From: Catajapyx aquilonaris
Taxonomy: Eukaryota
Length of the DNA: 49,169 bases
Direction: 5' to 3'
NCBI GenBank assembly: GCA_000934665.2
Contig: JYFJ02002900.1
Coordinates: 1-49,169 of the forward strand
In this document: positions 25,716-38,900 of the stretch, piece after piece
Layout: the number at the start of each line of letters is the position of its first letter
Position numbering within the stretch: the stretch's first letter is position 1
Translations under genes and position numbers: made by a program
Notes under the pieces: generated by a model
The model's input: only the letters and a program-made list of their open reading frames with translations
Database searches by the model: none
Told to the model about the DNA's origin: nothing

Positions 25716-28700
25716 GTTAGCAGCAAATTGTAATTATTTTTAATTAGTTCTGTTGAAGGAGACTTCGCTGTAGGACAGTGCTGGTCCTATTATTTGCGCT
25801 CTGTTACGCTTCAGTCAACTAATAAAGTTCCGGGAAACACCTACGGTTTCCTGATCAACACGGATTACCCGTAACAAGCTTTTCTTTGTTTGATGATCTG
25901 CTTTTTCCCGCCTCTTGTGCGTTCATTACGTCGGATAGGAGTGACCTTCTGGTGCGACCTTTTTGAGGTCATTAGTGCCGGGAGAGGAAAAATCATCGCA
26001 GGGGAAATGTAACACGATTATGTCAGGTGTGTTTAATCAAGCTTAGTTGACGCCAATTTGCGCCCAGCCTATATCATTACGAGTAATTGGACTCCGCAGG
26101 CAAAATTGGACTCATCTCAAAAAATTTTAAAAGTCGCATCTAAATTTATAATATCTTGTGGCGAAGCACGCGCAATTCCTCCGTCTGTTATTGTTGCGTA
26201 ATAGTTCTATCCAAATGTGATACTTTTGCCTGAAATAGTGATAATGGTGGGAGTTGAACTTGAGTAGACTTTCACCCGACCTTGTGCAGTCAAGTTCACT
26301 AGACGTTAGGATGACACAAAAAAAAAGAGAAGTTAAGTTATGCACAAAGACATGTTCTGGTACGTCCTTTTTTTCTTAGGTAATGAAGCAATTTGTATGT
26401 GCAAGGAATTGTCAAGGTGCAATTATCGTGAAGCAAGTAGCAGGTGACCTAAAACCACACGCACACATTATTGAGCATTGTCTTCATAATGTTTGCAGTA
26501 CAAAATGCAGTTTGACGTGTTTAATTAACTTCTTGTTTCACGGTATGAGATACTATTGTGTGAAAAGAAAAGAAAACTGACGAAACTATGATAGTGGTCA
26601 CAATGACCCATATATACATCAAACCTGTATTTATGCATTCACAGGCCGAGACGATATACGTGGAGCCCAAATCATCCGTTTTTGGGATCGAGGTCAACAA
26701 CGGGACCAAGGTCGACGCCGTCGAAGAGCTGGTCCGAGCCCTCGCCTACCGGTAAGTGACCTGTGACCCTCAAGACAACATAACTCATACACGAAATCGA
26801 GTTTGACAACCTTGAACCTGCCACTCTCTGAGCACGTGAAGACACTTTCTACGTACACGAGTGACGTGCAACCTCGCCCTATACTTTTTATAATTATGTT
26901 TCTTCTAAGAGCTGGCAATTACACATAGAGTGCAATTAGAAGCACTAGTCAAGGATGTTTGATTGGCCGGTTTGCTTGCAAGTGTGGCACGTGTCCAACC
27001 GTGTGAGGTGCGATTACCTAACGCGTCTTTTTTCCTCTGGTTGCATCTACTCGTAGCTCTCTCCAAGGTGCAATATTTGTCGACGTCGAGCTTTTCAATC
27101 TAGCTATGTTATTTGTGGCTTACTGAAGGAGAGGGCCTTACGTAATTATTAAATACTGCGTCTTTTGTGCTGCCGGTATTTTTGAGGCGGGGATCATACA
27201 GGAGGATAGCTATGTCAGGAGTACTGTACGTAGGTGTAGGCATCTGTAATGAGTGTCCAAATTCTTGACAATGATGAGTTACGTCAAAGTCAGAAAGGAA
27301 TCGATATAGTAGTGGGCTTCATTTTGCGTGGGGGTGTTCACAGTATCGACCATTAGAAGTAGCAATGCACTGGTTCTATAGATATTCATGGTACTTTCAC
27401 ACCGGCGATGGATATCATCGAGAGGTCAAGGAGTCGGCAATATTTATGAGAAAAACATCACAACATGGATAACTACTAGTGTGTTGACGGGCATGTCAGA
27501 TGCGTGGTGCCTATTAATTTGGTGGGATTGTAACGTGTACAGTAGATGTCTTTGACACTTTCACGCAGTGTCAGAATGTAGATTTGTACAATCCGGTTTC
27601 ATTATAGTTGAGGATGGGGTTAATCGAGATATGTGAATTAGCACGAGTACGGGTTCAGGAGGCTTGTATTTGGACTTTAAGCTTATGATTAGAGCTGGGC
27701 ACCGGCCCTTTTCATGCATGATTGTATTTTGCACCATTGATGATATATATCATATCCGGCGTACTTGGTGAAGCCGGTTATTAGTAGTTGTACTGTAAGG
27801 CCGAAAAACCTGATTATGTATGAGGAATTGCTGTCTAATTTGATTGGTACAACAGGTCTGGCACCAACACCCTGGGAATCATCGTGATATGCTTGGTGTT
27901 CGGCACTGTCCTGGCATCGGTGGGGAAACGGGCCCGAGTGGTTGTCGAGTTCTTCGTTGTCATCGACGAGGTGGCCATGCGTGTTGTCAAAGGAATGATG
28001 TGGTAAGCAGTACTAGGCGTGCATTCATGCACTTTTAAATGCTGCTATATCGAGAGACGGCGCGGCGTGACGAGTACAATACCCCTTGACACCTTCTCCA
28101 GGTTGACCCCAGTGGGAGTGGGAAGTGTCATATGTGGCAAGATCTTGGCAGTGGCCGACCTGGCCCAGGTGACCCGACAATTGGGCTGGTTTATCTTCGC
28201 CGTAGTGATTGGAGTCTTCTTCTACCAACTGGTAGTGCTCCAGCTCATCTACTGGATTTTTGTGCGGAGAAACCCGTTCCGGTTCTACGTGGGTCTACTC
28301 CAAGGGTGGATTACTGCTTTCGCAACCGCTTCTACGTGAGTATCGCTTCTCGGATAACTATCCAAAAAAATATAAACAAACGACTGATCATGACTATTGA
28401 GGGTGGGTGCCATCTGCATTTGTGCTCCCAGGACGGCCATCTTGTTTTTGTGTGGCAGGCCTGGAAACGCAATCGTTTGTTTGCATGGGGAAACAAAAGT
28501 ATCTAACTGCTTTCAGTGTGGGTTTGCTGTCTCCTTAATTCCGGCACTTAGCAAGTCAAAATTGATCACTACAGTACATCGCTTACTGACGATAAGTCTC
28601 ATATCGGATGAGCGATATTGCATGTAAACAAAAATAATAACTGGAGCAACGCCCTAAGGATTGGAAACTTGAGATGGTTGGCCTCTGACTAGACGATAAC

Positions 28701-29871
28701 GCATACGTTTCTTCATTATCATGACCTGTTTCATGTACCTCCGCAGATTAATGTCTTGTGCCAAATGTGCGCGATGTCAAAGTGCTAATTTTGCTGAGTG
28801 CAATGAGGTGGAAACCCGCTGTGATGCATGTCAAAAACCTTAATCCCACTTTCTTTAACATTGCTTGGAGCACTTTGCACTCTTTCTCTTGCAGCTCGCC
28901 TGGGTCCTGGACTTACAGCTGTGGCTCGTTAAATGCTTTACCGGAAAACACATTTACGCCGAGATACGTTTTTCCAAACAAAAGTAGATGTCAAGACGAC
29001 AATGAGCGAGAAAGTGACAAAAAAAGAGAAAAATGTGCGACGAGCGTGCCGAGGAAACAAAAGCCAAATTCTGCCATTCGAAACTTTGTTTCTTCTGAGT
29101 GCGCGAATTTCCAAATTTTGTGCCCAAGTAGAATGCCAGCAAGGTCTAAAACAACCGAGAGAGAAAGAAATTCGGAAAATCTCGGAGGCAAGGAATTCAA
29201 AATTTTGACTTCACGTTTTCTGTTATGAAGGGCAGAAAACGTGAGGTTTCCTAAAATTAGTTTTATCACTTTAATTTTTTTTCTTCATTTTTTGCAATCT
29301 ATTTTAGCCTGTGATTCTTTCCGACGCAATTACCTCTAAGTAATTATTACTATAAAGTCATGCCTGTCATGACAAGTTCTGAGCAGCAAAACATTGTAAA
29401 CTGAACCCTGGATGTGGCACTACAATACATCGTCACACATTGCATTATATCTGAGGACACATTCGAATTGCATTTTTTCAAAAAAAAAAAATTAAATAAT
29501 TGTCAGATCCAGGATTTGATCTGATTGAAACAAAAGTGAGAGGTAAAAGTGTCAGGAAAGATTGATGTGAGGAAATGCAGACAAAAAATTGCTTGTCGCA
29601 CATGCACTCCTTACTTCAAAGGAAATAATTTTAGACCTTGCATAATAATTGTTTCATATTTATCCCTAGTATAGCCCTAATCCCTTTTCCTTACCTTTAC
29701 AGAATGAATATCATAGGGTTTATATTGAACTGAGCGAAGCAAACCTAGAATTCACTTGTTAGGACCATCAAAGAATGATCCGGGGAGTGAAATAAGTGTT
29801 TCAGGCAATGAAAATCCCGCAGAAAAAGATATGGTAAGTAACACTCTTTTCCAGCATCTCGTAGCCGAAAC

Positions 29872-29903
<32 letters not shown>

Positions 29904-32900
29904 AAAAGAGAGAGAGAAAAGACCCTTTTTCAGTGGCTTTCCATCCACATATTGAGGGGTGAGCTTCTTAAAACTACTGCACGAGGGCCTCGGGCAGGTC
30001 TTCCAGGCAGCGGTACTGACGGTGGGGTCATCCAAGATGAGTGAAGGCAGCTCTGATCATGTTTGTCAGACACAAATTATCATTATTATCTTTCATGTCT
30101 CTTTTTAACATTCCTGCTCCAGGCTGCTCTGCAGGTCTTGATTATTCTTTTCTTTGTGTAATAGATATAAAACATGCTATCCTAGATGTATATGCGTCCT
30201 TTTATATTTTTCCGGGGGTGAGAGGACGTTTCTTTTGTTGGTTTTCAGGTTTTGTCCTACTTATTTGCCCCCCGACCCCCCCACCCACTTTTCTGACCAA
30301 TCAAAAAAAAAAGAGTTCGGTCCAGACAAAGAAAGATAAGTAGCTTTTTTTGTAATGTCAGTTCTCAACTGTTTTGAAAAATTGTCAACATCCGTCGCTT
30401 GTTCAATTCAGATTCAGTAAATCCCTTTCACGCGTCTTTTGCTCTTTGATGGGGTGTTCGCTTCTGTGACGTTATTTCATTTGTTCCGTTCTTTTTGCTG
30501 CACGACTCTGTTGGCTCGATCGTGTAAAATGATGAGCAAAGAGCAAAAACAAATCACTTCAAATTTCAAGCTGAAAAGCAAATCAGGACAGTTAGATCTG
30601 ACTCGGAAACAATTCTCTCACATCTCGCTGACCGCTGTTTTGTTATAATGTATATTTTGTTTTCAGACTTGACATGAAGCCTAGTTATCCGCCTCCCGGC
30701 TCTATTTTTCTTCCTTATTATCCAGCACCGCCCCGACCCCTCGCAAAATATCAAGTGCAGTTGTCGACAATACGGGTGTACTACCCACTGACATAACCAC
30801 AACTACCACGTTCATATCTCCCTCTGAAATACATTCTTTTTCGCGATTGGAGTCTTGTAGCTGGGCAGGTTTGACAGGAGCTGTTTTTTGATATTTCTGC
30901 TGCATGGTGATACTGACGCAGTCATATAAACTTCGTCACATCGACCATCTAGTTTTGTCGAAGAGTTTTTCTCACTCCAGTTTGGCGACTCACTACTGAG
31001 CAACTAAAGTACTTACTCAATGGAATGTTTTATCTGCTTCGACGAGACACAAGTGACTTGTGACGAAGTTTCCCAATATTATTTTCAGGACGGTTTGGCG
31101 GGAGCAGAAGACATTTCTAAAGTATTAAATGAAAGTTGTTGTTTAAAAAAATGGCATTCTTGGCAGAAATAAATCCGTGGTATTGATCAGAGGAGACTTA
31201 TCATCTTGGTAGTTGTCGGAGTTGTCACCGCTTTTGATGGGAAGCGAGATCGCGTTTACTAATTATTGTTCTCTTTGGATGTATCCAGCGCGGCGGCCCT
31301 CCCCGTGACGTATCGGTGTATGGACGAGAAAGTAAAGGTAGATCCTCGCATAACCCGGTTCGTCCTTCCCATCGGAGCCACGGTCAACATGGACGGCACT
31401 GCCCTGTATGTCTCCATCGCATCCATTTTCATCGCACAGATGAACGAGATTCCCCTGGGCATCGGGGAATTGGTTACCGTTTGGTGAGTGATAGCTCACT
31501 CATCCACTATTGCCACTATTGCATGGTTCTACGTAGTGTTTCCATTTGCCAAACTAAAGAATCATGCTGGCACTTGTTTTCCGCATTTGTTGCTCATTCC
31601 ATTTTTACCATGGTGCATGTCGGTAGCTTCTTCGGAAAACAAATATTTCTCACATAATTTTGTCAGGTACAGTTGAATCCTGATATAACAGACTTCAAGG
31701 ATCAAGGGACCGCGAAAATCAGTCTGTTATAACCCAGGTCTGTTATAGTCGAATACACAGGCCATATATGAAAGTGGGGGGGGGGGCCTTTCGAGTCTGT
31801 TATAGCCGAGGCTGGTATATATCTGGATTCAACTGTGTTTTCATCTTGGGAAAAATTAAAACCATGTCCATTCCTTATTCCTAAAAATGGTAATACATGT
31901 TTAGTGTTAATGCTGCGTAGATTCTGTCCTGGAGTTACTGGTGACATTAACATTTTAACCGTCCTTGCGGACCTGATATCGGTTATCATTATTGCCGTTG
32001 AATGTTCCATATTCCTGCACACTAAATTGCACTGTACAAAGTGTACATACTGTACAGTACAACACAATCATGTTACTAGAAAATTACATCGGAGTACAAT
32101 AGACGCATTTAGCTATTCTTCATGCAATTCTAATGCTCACATGTATTATACAAACCATTCAGGAAGTACTATACTGGTTCAGGTGGTAGAGGATAAAGTG
32201 ACAAAATGGTTATGTACACTCACAGGCGAGGGGGAAATCACTACAGTATGCGCCTGACTGTACAACGGGCTTTGTCGGATTTGGTAGTCGGACTTGTCGG
32301 ACTTAGGGCGGACTTTTATGGAGGACTTAGATGTCGGTGTACAACGGACTTACTAAGTGATTTCCCCATCGCTCACAGACCATACTAAAAACTGCTCGAA
32401 TTGCCCGTTTTTCTGATTGGATCTCATCAGTAGGCCTACCGATGTCTAAGGAAAGATATACCGATAGAAGAGGGGCGATGCATTAAGTCGCTGCCAGTAG
32501 CAGTGACGACATTTGCATTGTCAACGGAAATTATTATTGGTAGCTACCAGAATGCAGAATAAGACGAAAAGGTAGAGGGACAAAATGTTGTGTAAGCGAT
32601 AGTAACCGACGTACTCAACGTTGTGTGCACCTGGCCGTCATTCAGTCACACAACATAGCTAAGTGTTCCGGGACATCGTGATTGCTAATATTATGGCTGT
32701 TGTTGATCTTGATCAATTTCGTACTTGACATTTTTGTCTTAATTTGTGTTCTGACACCATTTCCTGACTATTGTCTCCTTATATACCAATGGTCTGCACC
32801 TACATTATCCATCTATTGTCTACCTACCTCTCATTTGATGCAAGCAAGCCGTATAACTTACAAGGGAATGACCAAGGGTGGTCGCCTCCGATTTGGCTGA

Positions 32901-35900
32901 AACTTACATGAGGGGTCAATCATATGTCGCAAACACAGTGGTGAAAGTCCTAAATTTAGTTGTTCAGCCGTTTCCGAGATATGAGCGACAGAACATCCGA
33001 ATTTTGGCAGCGAGCATGGGGTATAGGGACCTTGTCTGGCCTTGCACTTGTCTTTTTCCCGCCCGACCCCTGTACGCGCGGCCAAAATTCGGATGTTCTG
33101 TCGCTCATATCTCGGAAACGGCTGAACAACTAAATTTAGGACTTTCACCACTGTGTTTATGGCACATGATTGACCCCTCATGCAAGATTCAGCCAAATCG
33201 GAGGCGACCACCATTGGGCATTCCCGTGTAAGTGTTAGATACACTTTCATATTTCTTATGAAAGTAATTTTCTTGACCTGGTATAAAGTGTTCCAGTTGA
33301 CGTGTCCATATAGTTACCAGTGAGTTTTGGCACTGGTCTGCTTATTATGAAACAGTTACTTTAGAACAATAACTTTAATAGAAACTATCGAACATATTTG
33401 CTGCAAATACATTGTTAAATGATTACATCTTTTCAGGTCTTGAATCATAATTGCCTGTTTTCTCTGTCATTTTAACTGTCGTTCAGCGCTAACTGCAGTT
33501 TAAGTTAGTTTGTTGATATGTCACTTAAGTTAAAGTGCTTGATAGTCAGCTTAAAGTTACGCGAGGCCATTGAGAGCTACTCTCAACAAATGAATGGCCA
33601 GAAACATCGTTTTAAATCAGCTGTAGCACTAAACACGGCATGTTCATTCTAGGTAACTGATGCAATGAATGGCCCAAAATACTGCTCTAGACACAAGACA
33701 ACCCTGCCTCCAGAAATAACTCCGTGATTGGGGGGAGGGGGGGGGGCATATTTCATCACTCTCACAACTCCGTGAAAAACAGCTGAAAATTATGCAAATG
33801 AGGCCAAATTGCAGGAAACATGTAGCCAACATGCTCCAAACTGTGCAACAATGACCACCTCTATAGGCTACTCCACGAGAATCAACACGAATCCAATAAC
33901 AAATAAATGTATCCCACAGCGTGACGGCAACGGCCACCAGTGTGGCGTCGGCCAGCGTCCCCAGCGCCGCCATCATGCTCATGGTCATCGTCCTAACGGC
34001 CATCAACGTACCTGCCAAGGACGTCTCTCTGCTCTTAGCTGTCGATTGGTTCCTGTAAGTATGTCGTCCTTTGACTTCCGACAAGCACCTAACATAACCT
34101 TCCATGACATAGGGATCGGATCCGTACGACGAACAACATGTTGGGCGACTGCTACGCTGCTGCTGTGGTGGAGCGGTTGTCGCGGAAGGAGCTGCAGAAA
34201 GGACGGAGGCCGTCGGTGGCGTCCTCCATCTTTGCTGAATGGGAACGCGAGAGAGAGTTCGACGTCGTCGCCGATGCTCTGCTGAATCGAAGCAAAGTAG
34301 TGAGTTTTGGACACTAGGTGGATTCAGTTCAGATTACAAATTATTACGTGGTAGGGCCGTATTTGCGAATGGTGAGTTTCAGGACACAGGTTCTGTCATG
34401 AGATCCTTGCAAAATACGACCCTCAGCGTTTTTGTCGTTTACAGTTTATTTCCTCCGTTACTTAAAGTCGAATTGTATATGTAGAGATAGAGAATGTGTA
34501 GCACTTCTTTGCATGTGCACTGTGCATATCAGCCTGTTGCATTTTTAAATTAGACGACAATGGCTGGTTTCTTCGAGCTTTTTAACTGTCCATTAGGGCC
34601 CAGGCGTGACGTTTGTGGTTTATGGACCGAAAAAGACGCGTACAGAACGTTTTTGTTACCGGGTATGCAATAGGATCATTAGTCTATTACTCGGCTACCA
34701 TATACCCGTAATATGCCGTCAACACATCAGCTTACGGTCCGCAAATTCTGAACTCCATACGACACCACTGCGCTTGTTTTGATGCCTACTCGAAAAACAA
34801 CAACGTTAGGTCCGTAAATTAAAGAGAATATATCCAGGTCTTTAACAAGTAGCCTATACATTAATAAACATTTTTTGTGATACTTTGAAATCATTGGAGA
34901 AACCAGGCATTAGTCTATTTTCGAATGCAGTTACACAAGATGATCAGACACGTTCGAGACGGGGTCGCTTTGACGTCACAATTTCGGCTTACTTTCCACT
35001 ACAAGTCAAGTATCACGTTGGTATCACGTCTCGAACTCTTCTGGCCTTCTAGTGTAAAAAAAACATGTATTAGCCACGATTCCGGGGCGTCAGGTAGTTA
35101 AATGCATGCTTCACGCATTGATAGATAATGAAATAATAAATATTAGCACTTTAAAATACATGTTTAATATTGAAAATGCATATTTTCATCTGTCTGAAAC
35201 TAGAGGTAGGCACTTTAAAATACCTTAGCTTCCAGCATATTTTTCTGGATTTTTTTAAACTGTCGAACTCCCCTGGATGGAAAAAAAATTTGCTTATGTT
35301 TCTGGCCTCTGTCGCCCACTAAACGTAATATTACCCACGGAACGCCCACGTGTCCTCATATTGAATTTACCTTCACTCAATATGCATCTCCTTCGTTAAT
35401 ATAGGATTATAGTGGCATTCTTTTGGATGCTCTTTATTTAGGGCAGTCTGCGTGTCAATAACAGAATAACTTGCGCTTGTCTCAGTTTAGCAACCCAAAA
35501 GCGATTCTCATGTATACTGTATACGTTTCAGGCTCTTTCACCAATTCGACGGGAACTAAATTAGAAATATCGGGCGAGCATAGTATACTGGAGACATTTT
35601 GGCGAAATAGGAATTCACAACTGTTTCTTCGAATATTTACATATAGCTCGAGTTACTATGGTGTACTATTAATACTGCCCTCCTTAGCAGAAAATAGGAA
35701 CTTCAATGGTTTATAAGTTCCAATTTTGTTCGTGCAGTCTTATCAGACTTCGGTACTGTACCAGCCTGCAGAAGTCGACAGGAGAGCTGAATAAACAAAA
35801 CTGACCTTGTCACACTTCGCATTTTTTTTCGCTAGAGAGGGCAAAGTACTAAGTAAAACCCATGATCCGCGCGTCTTTTCACTGAAAATACAGGGTGATC

Positions 35901-38900
35901 GAAAAATAATGCGCGTATGTTGAAACCCTATAACCGAAAACTTGTAGACATACCGGTATCTCAATGATTTACGTTTTGAAATGTTAAGATATGTCTAAAG
36001 TTTTGGTCTCGTCTTAGTTTGTTCTCATATGAGCTTCATTTGTCGCTAGGCAGATAAAAAAGAAGACGGTTTTCGGTCTCGTGCCCAGCCCGCTCAATCA
36101 TATCTGGAGTTACCGTTGCAATCCTATCCCGTAGGTGCTAGATATCTCGGATCTTTACACCACACATTGTTCTTGATGATTCAAATAAAAAGTAGTCTCA
36201 TCCATGACAGAAACCTGGCCTAGAAAAGTTTAATTTGTTCAGCCTCCCATTGTGTGAAGTCTTGAATGCGAAGTTTCCTCATGCCCAGCCCCCTTCCCCC
36301 CTCCCCCGGAGCCCTGATCTTACCCAGATGGACGTTTTTGTGGAGATACATGTATAGTGAAAAAATTCGGCATCTCAATCGCCCACGGGAAAAGATTGCA
36401 ATGGTAACGCCAGACATGTCTTAGCGGGTTAGGTACGACACCAATTGCCATATTTACATTTGTAGAGCGACAAATGGGAGCTCATATCGAAACAAACTAA
36501 TCTGAGACCAAAACCTTAGACATTTCTTAGCATTTCAAAACTTAAATTATTTAGATATGTCTACAAGTTTTCGAGTTATAGGGGTTTTAAATCCGCGCAT
36601 TCATTTTCGATCACCCTGTACTGTCTTTTGGGACCCATGATGTCCTTTTTGGGCGATTCCAGGAGAGATCATGCAAAGGACTTCACCCTCTATTTTTCTA
36701 TTTCAATGAAATTTAGTACGATAATATTCTCCATAAGGAAGAGATCTTTTTAAGGCTCATTATTTCACGCGTAATTAAATGGGTAAGATCCCGTAAAAAC
36801 CCGTAAAAGGCCGCACACATGTGGACAAACCACCATATATCTCCGTAACTACAAAGCCCACAGTTACATTTGATGGATGACCGTGTTGGGAAAGATGAAA
36901 GGATTTCGGTGATTGAATGTTCAAATTTTTTGAATGGAAATGACGGCATTTTATGTAGAGTTCAAAGTTGAAAAACGATATATTCGCTATCGAGCCGCCT
37001 CCTTCGGCTTTAAAAAAATATGGACCGTAATAGATACTCGATTCTACATTTTTCGCCGATTTTTACAGAGTGGGACCTCTATTAGTTCCGGCGCAATAAA
37101 ATAAAACAAGTCGACCGGGCGCAGGATTTGTGTCCTACAGTATGACGTCACGAATTTTTCTAATGCTGGCAGGGTCGGGATTAAGGTACATGCGGGGTAC
37201 ATGACTGTGGTGCGTGGGCGTGCTGCGAACGTGTGGCATTTTCCCAACCGCCTTCGTGGCAGATGGAGGCCCCTGCCAGCATTGGGAAAATTCGTGACGT
37301 CATAGGACACAAATCCTGGGCCCGGTCGACTTGTTTTATTTTATTGCACCGGAACTAATGGAGGTCCCACTCTGTAAAAATCGGATAAAAATGCAGAATC
37401 GAGTACATATTACGGTCCATATTTCTTTAAAGCCGAAGGAGGCGGGGCGCTAGCGAATATATCGTTTTTCAACTTTGAACTCTACATAAAATGCTGCCAT
37501 TTCCATTTAAGAAATTTGAACATTCAATCACCGAAATCCTTTCATCTTTCCCAACACGGTCATCCATCAAATGTAACTGTGAGCTACGCACTTACTGAGA
37601 TACATGGTGGTTTGTCCACATGTGTGCGGCCTTTTACGAGTTTTTTGCCCATTTTTTAATTACGTGCAACTTAGTGAACATAATTGATCTTTAAAAATAG
37701 GGCGATGCTATACTCCTTATTGATTAATATCACCAAATTTCATTCTGATCAAAAAATATGGGGTGAACTTTCTATTTTATTTTGCATGAACTGTCCTGGA
37801 GTCGCCCTTTTGCTACTGTGTAAGTCGCTCTATTTATACGATCATCTTTCGCTTCATTGAATTTATGAAACGTTAAAAGAATATAAAACAATTCCTTGTT
37901 TGAGACAATTTACGACCTTGATATTAAAGTACAACAATGAAAAAAAAACAGAGATAGGCCTACCCCTTATGACTGATTGTAGAACAAGGACAAGTTATCT
38001 TCACTTACTATCAATCACGAAACCGCCCCATGAAGATAGCCCTGCATTTTATTATTAGAACTTTCTTTTCTGTGATCCGATTCACTGAAGCTGAACAATC
38101 ATTTATTCCATACAATATGTTAGTATACGATGTTACGCGATTTCTGACGATATACTGGTGTAATGCGATATTGGGGTTTTATATTTATGGATTCACGTAC
38201 AGTAGGCCCTACATCAGCATGAGTGATTGTGCCCTATAAGGTACAGTACAGTGCTGGACATATTAGCCGTCGCTGAATGTTTTTTTTTTCCGGCGGCGGC
38301 GGCGTTACCTGGCAACCCCGTCCGGCGGGCCAATTCAAACATCAGCCCATGGAGAGCGCTTCCATTGTTGCCACTGTTTACAAATCGAGTGAGTGACGCG
38401 GACGACCCAGCGACGGGTCTCTTCTGCCTGCGCACTCACTCACTCGATTTGTAAACAGTGGCAACAATGGAAGCGCTCTCTATGGGCTGATGTTTGAATT
38501 GGCCCGCCGGACAGGGTTGCCAGGTAACGCCCCGCCGCCGGAAAAAAAACATTCAGCGACGGCTAATATGTCCAGCACTGTACAGCGCAGGCACCTTAGA
38601 CAATATTGTGAACAATGATGTGTACAATAATGCAAATATCAACAAGAAAATAAATGTTCTGATAAATAATATTGTGGCATTGAAATCATGACAATGCGAC
38701 ATTAGTGTAATTTAACGTCCTTTCGTCTTATCAGACATCTTGCTGGAACGCTTTGCTAATTATTCAAGTTAATGTGCTTAAAATTTTGTTGCCAGTATGT
38801 GACTAAAATTTTTCTCCTCGTCTGTTACAGGACTCTCAGAGCAACGGTCTGTCTCATTTGGGCGACTCGCAAGTACCTACCCCTCCTGAAGTTGTGATTG

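Noticed and set aside
33644..34314. Minus-strand ORFs of 153 and 103 aa
   Set aside because: Antisense to EAAT exons 9-10, with no independent evidence
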